This document shows positions 12,301-24,300 of a stretch of DNA of 64,000 bases, one piece after another. Made by a program: the position numbers and the translations under genes. The DNA lies in NCBI GenBank assembly GCA_963924565.1, contig OZ004609.1, forward strand, positions 24,118,001-24,182,000, in the 5' to 3' direction. Origin of the DNA: Ascidiella aspersa (Eukaryota). Numbering within the stretch: the stretch's first letter is position 1; every line of letters begins with the position of its first letter. The notes beneath the pieces are model-generated. The model ran no database searches and was not told where the DNA came from. It was given only the letters and a program-made list of their open reading frames with translations.

Positions 12301-13634
12301 GGGAAGCATTGAGCACCGACTAAAAATGTATATTGCTTGATATATTAGCGTTTATTAAGTTGTGGGGCGCGTTGACCCAAAACTTAAGATTAAAATACCG
12401 AAAAATTTCGTACGAAAAACTTTTACCTATATTTTTTTTCTTCCTTTTCAAAACTTTAAGTTACCGATGTGTTACAAAGTTTAACAAACTTAACCTAATA
12501 TTTATATATATTTTAAATATCAGGCTAAGTTTGTTAAACTTTCGTTGGAGAGAGTGCCACTGAGCAGAGGACGCTATTTTTTCGTAAAGATGCAAAAAAA
12601 TCGCGTGAAACACACGAGAAAGACAAGAGATTCGCGCAAAGCGCGAAAAGAATTTCCGTTTTAGCATTTAGAACAGGCTAAAAATCAAATTCGGCGGGGT
12701 CTTGACAAGATCTGTCAACATGCCCTGGTTTCCGCTTAGCCTATGTATTTTATTGAAAATAAGCCGCGAGTGGTTCTTAACCAGGGGTCCGCAAAACGTT
12801 TTCAGGGGGTCCGCAAAAACTTCTAAATATACCTTTATTGAATTAATTAACGCTGGGAAACATGCTTAATCACAATATTGGTAAGTGATAAAATCACATT
12901 AAGTGTGACGTAACACTTCCATTGTGATGTAACACAAATAGATTGTAAAATGGAAGACAACATTACAGTAGTTCACAACTTCACATGTACTGGATTTTAG
13001 TTTATCGCAAAGATGACATGCGTCTAGCATTGTCAAAACCACAACCATTTTAAGACTTGCTTCGGAGATGCAGCAGCAGAAATCACATTAAAATAAACCT
13101 GACATAAATTATTTTGGTGTTGTCTATTACTAAGGTGCGCTAGGCATATATAGGCGACTGAATAATTAAAAAGCACTAAACGCAGATATTACACCAGAAA
13201 AATGTAAGGGGTCCGCGACTATTTGACAGCATTAAAAAGGGGCCACGTGTAAAAAAAGGTTGAGAACCACTGTGATAGACACTTCCGCCCAAGATAGTAA
13301 GATGGTGTTTCTTTATGGTTTTTATTGTGTATTTCCAAGATAACATTTACAAATCATTTTCGCAATTCAGCTTAAATTAGCTATGTACTACTTACTAATT
13401 CGCTTATTTCTGCCCTGCAGTATCAAGCCCACTGCCGGCACCGACTTTTTTGTCACTTTCACTCTCGACCAGCCAGGCTGCTACGTGAAGAGCAAGATTA
13501 ATCGCGTCAACAGCTACCGAATTCCGCCAAGTTATGATGTGGGCGCCGGCACGCCCCCAACTAACTGGGACGGGATAGATCAGATCCGAAGCACGAGGAG
13601 CCTCTACTGTATCGAGAAGATGGTGGAGTGCTGA
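342..13634 (+). CDS. Multidomain arthropod-type hemocyanin/prophenoloxidase-like type-3 copper protein (5' end upstream of window)
   Basis: Phase-consistent exons 342-484, 1125-1400, 1778-1906, 3301-3499, 3748-3806, 3977-4255, 4847-5036, 5573-5705, 6147-6359, 6664-6798, 7079-7220, 7377-7555, 7669-7801, 8113-8312, 8814-8968, 9099-9192, 9418-9589, 10739-10912, 11175-11338, 11694-11951, 13421-13634 (about 1210 codons, no internal stop). Motifs: CuA FHHRHWH...[10 protein letters not shown]; CuB GFHNAGH...[11 protein letters not shown]; C-domain WIEMDKF, CECGWP..MMLPRG and YPD.RFMGFPF. Confidence 0.92.
778..1030. mobile_element. hAT-type MITE in phenoloxidase intron
   Basis: cagtggtt...cccctg termini; perfect 8-bp TSD gtttagac (770-777 and 1031-1038). 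Confidence 0.75.
6791..8175 (+). other. Binuclear copper site exons (CuA and CuB) of the phenoloxidase-like gene
   Basis: All six expected His ligands are present: HHRHWH and YMH (CuA); HNAGH and FFRWH (CuB). Confidence 0.92.
9650..10711. mobile_element. Decayed or nested non-autonomous DNA elements in phenoloxidase intron
   Basis: gggggttcgga near the left end and ttcggaaccccc..ggatacgcccctg at the right end. The internal segment from about 9940 resembles the element at 29790-30364 (shared atactttttgactattttaactacgtaa). Confidence 0.55.
12022..13272. mobile_element. Cluster of hAT-type MITE fragments in last phenoloxidase intron
   Basis: Left end caggggtgggcaa..gcgggccgc at 12022; a second element agtggttcttaacc...ggttgagaaccactg at about 12769-13272. 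Confidence 0.6.
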
Positions 13635-14569
13635 GATCCTGGCCATATAGGCTTGAGTATAAGTTTTGCGTGTGAATACAGTTTTTGATCTTGTATTCAA
13701 GTAAAAAAAGGCTTCTATATCGTTGCTTGTTCGTCAATGTTGCTTGCACCATAATTGTACAAAGTTTTGCTCAGGAAAATTTAACTTGCTTAAAGTTTAA
13801 ATCGAGTCTGTCTATCTTTGGCCTTTTGCAACGAGTTAACTCCGTTAAGTGTAGCGAGCATCTCATATACTCATCAAGGAATATATTCGCTGCCGCTTTT
13901 GTTACCAAATTGTTGTATTTGTAAAAAAAGGTGTTATCTGCACCGTGGTGTGGTAAATGACTTTTTTGTTTGTTAACGCTTAGAATAGCGATTTAAATTG
14001 TACTGCGTGATGTGCTTTTTGAGTTTGCAATCAAATTTATGCTCTGCTTGGTTTTCCAAATGCACTTGGCCGATTAAAACGAAGTAGATACCGTCTAACG
14101 AGTTCGTTGTGTTAAAATTTATTGACATTTTTGCCTGGGCGTAATAACTGCATGGAGTTGTAGTATTTTTTTTCAAACTAAAATTAGGATTATACCTCTA
14201 GATTCGCAGTAAAATTGTATACCTTTCGCACCTGTTTTGCTGCCACCAATATACCATGTAGTCGAGTAAAATTTAGTGCAATCATTAAGAAACAACATTT
14301 CAGTCTATTTTTGTGGAGGGTTCAGTCTGTATATTTAACGGATTTTAGGCGATTTTGAAAAGCAGGATACTTACATACTTTATAGAATTAGATAATAATG
14401 GTTTATATGGGATAATTGATTGATTGATTTAGGGGAATGATATCGTATGTTCCTTTTCTCTTTTAGTTCTAAGAATTATTACATAACACCACGAAAATAT
14501 AAAAGAACAGCTATGGAAGCTTTCCACTGCATTTCCTGGGGTGCTGGGTTGAAGCGAATGTAAAACCAG

Positions 14570-17500
14570 TCAGTCCGCTGTTTTCGGCTGTTCGTTTTCA
14601 GATGGATAACTAAAGCGCGGCAGGTGTGGCAGATTAGCGTTTTCCAGCAACTTGTTTACGTCATCGATCTCGTTACGCACGAGTGCGATCAACTCTGGTG
14701 TGAAGGGCTCGAAATCCCAGGTGGACTTTTTGCGCTTGTGCTTTCCATCGATCTCCTGACCGAGGCAGTGCAATCTATCCTGGAAGTTCCTCTTACTGAT
14801 ATTCAGATCGGGCAGGAAATCGACCATTCGCCTAATCTGACCTATCGGGTTTTGTACCAGGTCTTTGTAATGGACGATCAGCAGCGGGCGATTGCTGGCC
14901 AGCAGCGTTTTTATTAGTGTCTTCCACAGGTTTATTCGAGTGGATGCATATTGAACGAAACCTGAAACACAACGAAATACAAATTTTTTGCAGTTTACCG
15001 TCTGAAATTCAAAATTGGTTATATTCCAATAAATATGAAAGTATGTTTAATCCTGCGCGTGTTGTGTAATGCTGTAGGCGTCCCAAACTCGCATATGTTT
15101 AACTTGGTTGTATTTCGCAAAAAGAATATGTTAACCTTCTCTGATTTGCCTCCTGGTCGCTATCCCGGTGTGATTTCCTGTAGCTTTTCGATTAAAATCG
15201 GCCAACAGCGCGTCGTAGGGGTTCCTGATGATGAGTATGCTCCGGTCGGAGGTTGGATGTTTGTCCCGAAGGTGATCTTTTACAACAGCTGTCTGCTGAT
15301 GCTCGATCAAACCTTCTCCGATAAATCCTGCAGATTGATAGCATCGGACTGTGTTATGTAGGCATATTTTATTTAATGCAAAGTGTAATTAACTGCAAAT
15401 ACTTGAAACAAACCTAAAAAAAAAGCCTTACAGCAAATTATTTTAACTTTTTATAATGAGAGTGTGTCCGTAAAACGTGACATTCGCAATTATTAGTATC
15501 AGGGATAGAATTTCGTCATTTCGCCAGTTTCAGAATTTTTAAAAGTTCAGCCAGTCGGCCTATGCTCAACCAAAATGAGGATAACCATATTTAGTATAGA
15601 TTATTAAAAAAAATCCCGGATTTTTTACCCTAATACTATATATGTAAAATATTAATATTAAACGCAAGTAATGTATTTCTGATATCATTTTGTGCAACCT
15701 GGTATAAAAGCAACGGTGCTACATAATTCGACCAACACTTGTAATGAAATATAAATCAATTTTGCAGCCTATACGTGACGAAGCATTCGGTGATATTAAA
15801 ACAATTTTGCCATGTTATTACCGCATCGTTCCCAGCTTAGTGCAAACAGTCCGCAGACTAAATATAAAGTGTTTGATTAAAGTGGATCTAAAAAGAAGAT
15901 AATATATACCTGATCTTATCAGGGCCCGATCTTTGTAGTTACTCCCTGTAAATTGTCCCGTGGCCTTCTCCAGCAAATATCGGGCCCAAGTATTGCCGGA
16001 CCCTGGAAAAGACGCCAAGATGGTAATTTTACGGTGTTTGCTCGGAGGAAGAAGCCGCACCAAGCTGCATCTTTTATCCTCCACGAGGGTCCGATACATC
16101 TTCCCTCCTCTCTTGTCCACGCAACTTATAGATTGCTTCCAGTTAAATCTAAATTTTAGTAGATGGTCAGTTGTATAAGATGGGTTTTTAACGTATTTTA
16201 GTCACCTTCTTTTTCTAATGTAGCCCGACTAAACTATATTACATTCGATAAGATTGTGGAAAGTTGATTTTTCTTGTTTCCGGTGGTTAAAGTAGCCTAT
16301 AATGATTTTCTTACCGGAACAGTGAAACAATTTTACCAGGACGTCTAAAACAAGGAACCATAGAAACCTTGGGTTATCGTTCTAGGTCGCACATAAATAA
16401 TTCGCAATTAAAATTTTAGTTTAATCAGGGAGTCGAACCGTTTGAATTTTCCGGTTCAGGTTTGGTTTGGGTTCAAGGATTTGTTCGGAATCCGGTTCAG
16501 TTCCGGTTTTGGTTCGTTGCAATTTAAAAGTTCCGGTTCAGCTCCGGTTCGACAATCGTTATTTCAAAACCGGTTCATAAAGTTCCGGTTCGGATACAAT
16601 ATTAGTTGCGTTAAATCTAAATATGTGGGTCAATAAACGTAGAGACTAATTTTAGAATTTTTTTTTTCATTTAATCTAAGTTAAGTGACGTGTTAAAAAA
16701 ACAGCAACGCATAATCGAAATATCTGAAAAATAAAAAGTCAACGTTTTATTTAAATTCATATTTTTTTCATAAAATTTCGAACATGGCATAACTTGACTC
16801 TGTAAAATAGAAGTTGTGACGTCATGCTGGAGCGAACCGCGTTTGTTTAGAGGTTCGGGTTCGGTTCAGGTACTTTCAAAATATTCGGTTCAGTTCCGGT
16901 TCGGCTCCTTAAACTCTTACATAAAACGGTTCTGGTTCGGTTACGGTTCGGAAATAATTGACCGAAAACCGGTTCATAAAGTTCCGGTTCGGTTACGGTT
17001 CGACTCCCTGGTTTAAATACATTCAAGGAGATGGCGGGATGGCCTGTTGAAAAAGGGACATATTTTGCTAAAAAAAATAACATCTGTGTATACCAATACG
17101 GCGTATCTGCAAAACAATCTGAGCGGAAATACACAAATCTTTTACCGGAACGCCTTTCTGACTTACCTTCACCACGGCTTGTTTCGCTAAAATTGCCAAA
17201 AAACAGTTTTTGATATTGCAAAAGTTTATCGCAACATTGGAAGGGACATTACAGAACATTAACTTACTTGTCGTCCATTGAGCCACACATACATTCACCC
17301 ATGATGTAAAGCGCTATGTGCAGGTCAGCGTTCTGACATTGGTGATAGCATTCGGTGGCCGTAGCTGCGTTAAACGAGATGAACTTGCTATCTTCGGGTG
17401 GGCGCATGTAACATCCGACCGCGCGCGACTGAACGAAGTCGCTTGAAAATGGCCCTGCGAGAGTAGATTGTTTAGTCTTCTAGGAGTTTTTCGCCATGCA

Positions 17501-20448
17501 ACACATATATGTGGCCAGTGTGGTATACATTATGCCCATGGTAAACTAAATTCGCCTAACTGTTATGTTAATAACAATATAAACGCAATTGTAAAGCATT
17601 GGAAAATAGTAAAACACTTTTAACTAGGAAATCCAGGATAAATTATTGGAGTATATTTTATGTGAGAAATACGATAAGCAGCATAACGCTATAAATACTC
17701 TTTTTATTAGATAAGGACTTTTGGAATGGTCACATAAAGGTTTGGCATGTATTTAACAGTATCTTCAATTTAATGCGACAACGCTAGGCTTCAAATTCTG
17801 GAGAAATAATTTTGTTCTGTTAAGATTTGTTTATAGGTCGAACAAACTTGGACCAAAAAAGACTAACATTTTTATCGGGATATAAATTTGGTTTTAAATT
17901 CACATGGATGTCGCAAAAGAGGTATAAGGAAAATCGTATGCGCAAAGGTTATAACTGTTATTTCGCGAAAATAGGGCAAAGCGACGTTGTCTTTTGACGC
18001 CCTGTTAATTCACTTAACCCAGCGTTTAACAGAATTGCTGCAAGCCAATGTAATGCGTAAATCACTGAAGGAATGAAAAGTAACTATACTTTTTGTGCAC
18101 AGTATCAACAATATTTTGGCAATTAGTGTAAAATGTCGTGTCTGAATCCATTTTTTTCGCCAAATCTATGAAAATTAGAAACAAAAGCTTTATTAAACAA
18201 AACAAACAAATTAAATGTAGAAACAGTGGAATGGTTTTCATGCTACAACTACAAGGTTGTTATGGGTTCTATAACGCACATCAGTATGGCAGTCGCCTGA
18301 GCCAGAGTTTTTTTGGACCACACAGTGTTCCTGAAAAAATGTTGAAAAGCGGAAAGCATTCGAAGGATTTGGGTGCGTATAAGACACGGCCAAATTTTAT
18401 TACCGGTACTTCTTTACCATTTATATAAACTGTTGCTACCAGGCATGGTAATATAAATTAAAAAACAGCTCCCCTATGGTAATTTTAATTACATAATTAC
18501 AATTACCAGAGGAGCTGTTTTTTAATTATACTTCCATTTGTTGAGTACATAAAAGACAGCAACAAATCAGTCACTGATGTGCACCAATTCCACAGGGAAA
18601 TACCGTTTCAGTCGAATATATCCTCATCGCGCCCCCGAACCGCCGGAAACCACCAACCTTTCACGCACGAAGTGACAAGTCGCTGAACGCTGTAGGCCTC
18701 GCTCCCACCGCAAAACTGCCTACTTTTGCCCGAGCACGCGAAATTGCATTGGTCGGCGGGCGTGAGGTTCAAGACGGCGAAGTCGGAAAGTTCTAGGCCG
18801 CAAGCGCATTCTGAGCCCCGGATCCCAACGTAGTTCGCGCTTCTGGGGGACAAACGCACACTGTTATAGTTGCACTGTTATGATACTTCCAGTAAAGCTG
18901 AAAACGGTTATTTTCCACATGAAAAGCAACTATACGTGATTTAGGTAAAAGAGTTCCATTCTGAATTGCTATGTGCCAACACGGCCACCACGAACATTCA
19001 AGTGCTCTGTTGCTTTTGCCCGATAAATGACACGATACACAACCAAATTGTATGTTTTTTGTGAACACTTTATACATTGTTAAAGGAAATCTCACAAATT
19101 TGTTTCCGTAACGCCATTGCTTTTGAGAAAGGTCGCTTTTAAGGATGATATATAGTTTTTGCTGAAAGCAAAGCATAAGGATTTTGTGAAAACGAATTTA
19201 CCGAAATGTAAAATTCAGCAATACATTAACTCATGTCTCATTAAAATACTGTAATGAGTCAATTTGCACTGTGCGACATTAGCGCACGACTTTAAACGTC
19301 ATATCCGTTTCATGACCATTTCAGCGAAACGTCCAATTTTCGGTTCATGATTTTACGCCTTTTAACGAAATAACTTTATGACACACACTTCAATACATTA
19401 TCGAAAACTGTAAAGGAAAATTGTAGGCAGCCGGATACACCTTGCATTGCATGTGTGCAGGCACTTTTTGATGTTCATCTGGGAATCCGCAATTTTGTAG
19501 CCGCTCACGTTGTTGCTCTTCATTTTGTAGCAGCCTAAATGGATAGCTGTAAAACAAAATTTTCAGAAGTAATGTTTCACGTTTTTGTTTGTAGCTTTAT
19601 CTTTGACACTAAGACTTATTGGTACGGAAAATTATATCTTTAACAGAAAGGACTTTTCAAACTTTCAGACAACACAAAGAAGCAACACAGTAATACGGGA
19701 TGAAAAAGGTTTGAAATAAAATGCACGTAAACAGAACCAAAGCGGCAACAGACAATATTAGGTTTAGGGTATCCCCGTTTCGATAAGCTTGACTAGATTT
19801 TCTTTTGAATGAAACGTGCTGTGCACTGACTAATATAGCAATTTCCGTCATACCTTCGCAGAATAGCGAAAAAGTCTGTTTCCCTGCACCGTTCGATCGT
19901 ATCGACCTAAAAACAATAAAAAAACACGTTTCACCGAGTACGCCTAAAAACGTACTAAAAAGAAAGACACTGTAATCTCTTCTCATTAAATAACTAGAAA
20001 ACCATCTGTCACGAAGCTATTGGTCTTAGAATCACTCGTTGTTCCAAATCGAACTCGTGCTAAAGTTCCAATTAAAAGCAATCTAATCGTGCGTAGTGCG
20101 AAAAAAATTGCGATAGTTTAGTTTAAATATGGAAAACCTTAATTTTTAAAACGTTCCTGATGCATTAGGCACATAGCCTTAAAAATGGCGCGTTTGCACT
20201 TGTTTGAGCGAACCGCCAATTTTGCATAGTAAAAGTTAGGAGAAATTGTAGTTCGGCGGGGGACATGGCATGATACCCACACTTACGGATCCGCCTATGT
20301 GGTTTACTAACCTTCTAAGACTACTGAGTTTAGTGGCTCCATTCGTGTGATACACAAAGTTTAAGATTGTTGTAAACGTAAACACAGTTAGGATACAAGT
20401 GAGGGATATAAACCAACATTTTCCCCGGCTACATCTGGAACCAACCAT
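14570..20448 (-). CDS. WSCD: WSC domain-containing sulfotransferase (WSCD1/2-like; type II membrane protein), about 496 aa
   Basis: Exons 20448-20312, 19906-19854, 19546-19441, 18842-18658, 17454-17268, 16148-15910, 15327-15136, 14961-14570. N-terminal TM segment, two WSC modules (HLGCY..ECACG..CNFACSG..FCGG; VGCY..GECMCG), PAPS motifs [11 protein letters not shown] and [23 protein letters not shown]. Confidence 0.9.
16426..17010. mobile_element. MITE with 16-bp TIR and subterminal GGTTC arrays
   Basis: TIR cagggagtcgaaccgt / acggttcgactccctg; near-TSD gtttaat / gtttaaat; many (c)ggttc(g) repeats. Confidence 0.85.
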
Positions 20449-21377
20449 TCGTTTTTTTTTCGCTTTTTAACCTACACCTGTAAACTTGTATTTTGTGTAT
20501 CGCAATATTGTCAAACCAAACAATATAATAACATTAAAGACCATCTTTCAGCAATCGATTTTGCTTTACATTTTACCTGGAGCAAAGTTAGATTATATGA
20601 AATTGTGTTGAAGCATTTCTAAAAAGGTTTAATTGGTTGTAATTACGCTGTCTTTATAACGTTTTTTGTTATAATCTAAAAATACATTTTATGCATTTTG
20701 ATAAATTCCTTATTAGATAGGCAAACACTCTTTCCAAGTCATATTACAACATATACCGATGCGATTCTCACCTAAAACTTAGCAAATTATTCGTGGACGT
20801 ATAGCAAATAATGTTAGCAAGTAATTCGTTGACCTATAACAAAAATAAAAAAAAATATTCAATTCAATCGTCATTATTCTATTCAATCGGTAGTGATTTG
20901 CAATGCAACCAAACTTCCGCTTTATCATTAATGTGACTACCAGAGATGAGCAATAGATCTAATCAAAGTAACTGTTAATATATAACTTAAAGCTAGTTAC
21001 CAAAGTAAAATATTTTGCGCAATAACTTTCGTAATACCTTGTTCATCAATGCTCCAAAGTTTATTGTTGGTAAGTGGAAAGAATAATGCAAGGTTACTTC
21101 AAAGCAGGAAGCGTACAAATAACATTTTTTTTAGAGAAAATTGGAAATTGTTTGCTACGAAGCATATTTATATATGTTCTCACTCCAATGCCATAAAAAC
21201 AAACAAATGCAAAAAAATGATGTTTGCGGTCGAACCTTAACATGAAGTTACTTTAGAAAACAAACACAGCAAATTATGGAAGGCATAAATACAATAAACG
21301 TGTTGTGTACACATTTAATTGGCAACTATTTTTCGGTCTTTGAAAATCGTTTATAATTCACACTCTTTGAAACAAGT

Positions 21378-24300
21378 TTATGCAATGTCATCATAGGCAG
21401 GGGGAGCCTGGCGAGTGGTTTCCTTCAGCTGCTCCGACGTTGATTCAGCAGCATTTTGAAGGTGCTGGTAGGGAATGTGGCTGGCGGTCGTAACAACTGC
21501 ACATTGAAGAGAATAACGCATAATCTAAAATAGCTTTAAGCGTTGTGTCTCACCAACTTTATGTAACAGGCCATTTTGTTTAATAATGGCGTAATTTTCC
21601 ATTCCACTTAATGTAAATTTAATATCTACTCATTAAAAATTTTCCTGCAAATTAAAGATAACAAACAATGGCCATACCTTTGTCCTGTCCTCAACGACCA
21701 TGACGTCAATAAAGAGTTACTAAGATTACGCAGCTGACAAAGTCATATACCAAGACATATTTATATCTTAACCCAGTCCCCGATTGCGCATCGTTAAGAC
21801 CAGTGGTTGGCAAACTTTTGGCAACTTGGTTGGTAAAAACTTGAACATTTTATAATGACAACTGTTTTCAAGTACCTATTATAATATATTTAAGAAAAGG
21901 GCGATTTAAAAAATGTCGTTAAACTCTCGATCTTATGTTCATGTTTAAAAGACACAGTGAATTCGTGCGAAGCGTTATGTATTAATGGTGAAAAATGTTG
22001 ACACTCCTGCATATACAAAGTGCTTTTTGAATGAAAAGATTCCCTTGAAACGCAAACCTACGGGGCGTATGAAGAAAATCGGGCAAGTAAAATTAGGCAA
22101 TATATATATATATATAACTAAGAAATGGCCGAGTACCCAGTTTGCAAAGCAGCTGGCGGCCGCGGACCATATTCGACCCTTATTTAGACTCATTACTCTG
22201 ATAGATATTTTCATATTTTTTACAAAATATTTTTAATTTAAAAAAAATTACTTTTACTGCTATAACTTAGACTTTTCGTGCTTTAAAGTCATTAAGGGCA
22301 TTAAGTAATGTTTTTAAAGGTCTTACCCCAAAAGGACGTATGCCAATTCTCAATATATCTATACAGTACTTAAATTTACCCACCAAACCCGCGTGAATAA
22401 TACAAAAGCAATAGTTCACCTGGTATGGCGAAGCGTCTGGTGACTGTTGTCCGTACGCCAGTCAGCACTCGTCCATTGATGCGTCTATTGCGAACGCGCA
22501 CCCATACACGGAGCACGGCCAACAAAACCACAATCAGTGCGATCGGCAACACAATAAAAGTTGTTAAGGCCCTGCATTTAAAATCACACTGTTCAAAAAA
22601 ACTGAAGATCTGCCTGGTCACAGTCAGGACTAACGAATGAAGTATAAGTGCTTACCCTGGGTCGGGATAGTTTAGGTCGTCTGATTCATTGTTCGCATCA
22701 TCCCAATGTTCGCTGTAATCTTCGTTGACATAGTCCCCCCATTCTGTTGTCGTTGTAGTAGATCTATACCCAATAATATAAATTGTTTATTACATATGTT
22801 ATATAAGGACACGCGATAAGCCATGTGATTAATCAAGCTGTTGGCCGCGATTTACTTTTTAGAAAGTAATTTAAAGCGAAAAATGTTTTTAAATTGATTT
22901 GAACTTACTGCAAGGCTTATCGCAAAACGTTAAACTACACGATAAAGCTCTCTGCATTTACATACTGGGTTGTAGTGGTGGATGTGCAGCAAACCAAGTT
23001 GCCAAAGAAACCGTTACAGCAGACGTCCTGGCCCACACTGCAAGTTATGCCGCCGCAAACCTTTGGTGTGTAGGGCGATGCACAATAATCGTTGCTCGCC
23101 ACGCAATAAAGGATGTTCAATGCGCGGCAGCATATCTGGAATTCGCCACAAGTTTCATACCCGCAGGTTTTCCCTGGATCCTCAGTTGTCGTGGTTGTCC
23201 TACATAAATGATAAAAATGCCTAATAAACGGACTTTCAAAATTGTACTCATTTCTTTTGGTATAGCAATGTGAATCATATAGCACTGCATAAGTGTTTCG
23301 AAATGTAGGCCTATCATGTTTTGGGGCGCCCTAAAAGTGTTGTGCTTGTCTTGCAAAAAATCCTTACTATAAAGGTAGACTGATTTTGGTTAATTCTCCC
23401 CAAAGCTCTCGTTGTACTATTGGTATGCGTGGCGTTATATTCTACATTCGGTACCTTTAAAAATATACACAGTTATGCACGCATGGGCCAATTCACCAAA
23501 AAATAAGAACGGTCAATTTCGGCGATGAACACTCTGCAGGAAAAATCTGTGTCATACGGTGGTATAAAAGAGGCCACCTTACAGGGGACGTGATGTTCAT
23601 TTATGCAACAAATGCAAAAATGTGCACGCAAAATATTACCAGGGTTAGAGTTAAAGTCAGAAAATTTAGAGTTAGAAGAGCTAGAGGTAAAAGAGAAAAG
23701 GGGAAACGAATTGGAAAAATAGTTGGTTGAAAAGTCGTAGGAAGAATCGAAGGAAGAGTTGGAGGAATAGGTGGAGGAAGAATTGGAAAGAGAGTTGGTC
23801 GAAGAGTTGCTAGAAGAGTTGAAAGAAAAGTTGAGTTGAAACACAAATGGGAAGAAGAGTTGAGAGAAGAGTTGGACGAAAAGTTGGAAGAACATTAGAG
23901 GAGTTAGTAGGGAAGAATTATAATAAAGTGTTAAAGTTGAGGAGTGAAAGGTGTAGTTAGTTTGCCTTAGCACACAATAGTGCTTTTGATGCTTACGGCG
24001 TAATTGTTTTTTTTTTCTTAAAAAAATCCTACCAAGATACGCGAAGTCAATGTCTCCTAAAATAAACTTTGTTCACAAAGGTCCTGTTTGCACAATTTCC
24101 AATTAAATGTACAAGCCCATTGCAACTATAATGAATCAGGATCAACAACTTCTTTGTTTTAGTAAAATAGTGACTTTAAAGCAAGTTTCATAGCCCCGGG
24201 CGGGAACTTTTAGATTCACACGAAAAACTAAAAAATTAGTGCATCGTAACGACCACTATTATTTCTTGTGTGACCAGCGACAAGCAGAAATAGTCATACG

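Noticed and set aside
342-13634. Bacterial contamination as the source of the bacterial-looking domains
   Set aside because: The segments are interrupted by spliceosomal introns and are in frame with the animal-type phenoloxidase exons.
16426-17010. GGTTC repeat array as CRISPR or satellite
   Set aside because: No repeat-spacer periodicity; bounded by TIRs, so a MITE. The context is eukaryotic.
16315-17186. Two possible micro-exons in WSCD (17186-17167 and 16344-16315)
   Set aside because: Together they break the frame into the 16148 exon; direct 17268^16148 splicing gives a WSCD-like sequence.
22137-22178. Possible 42-nt phase-1 exon in the Cys-repeat gene
   Set aside because: Weak splice sites, and it looks like the right end of a MITE beginning cagtggttggcaaac at 21801.
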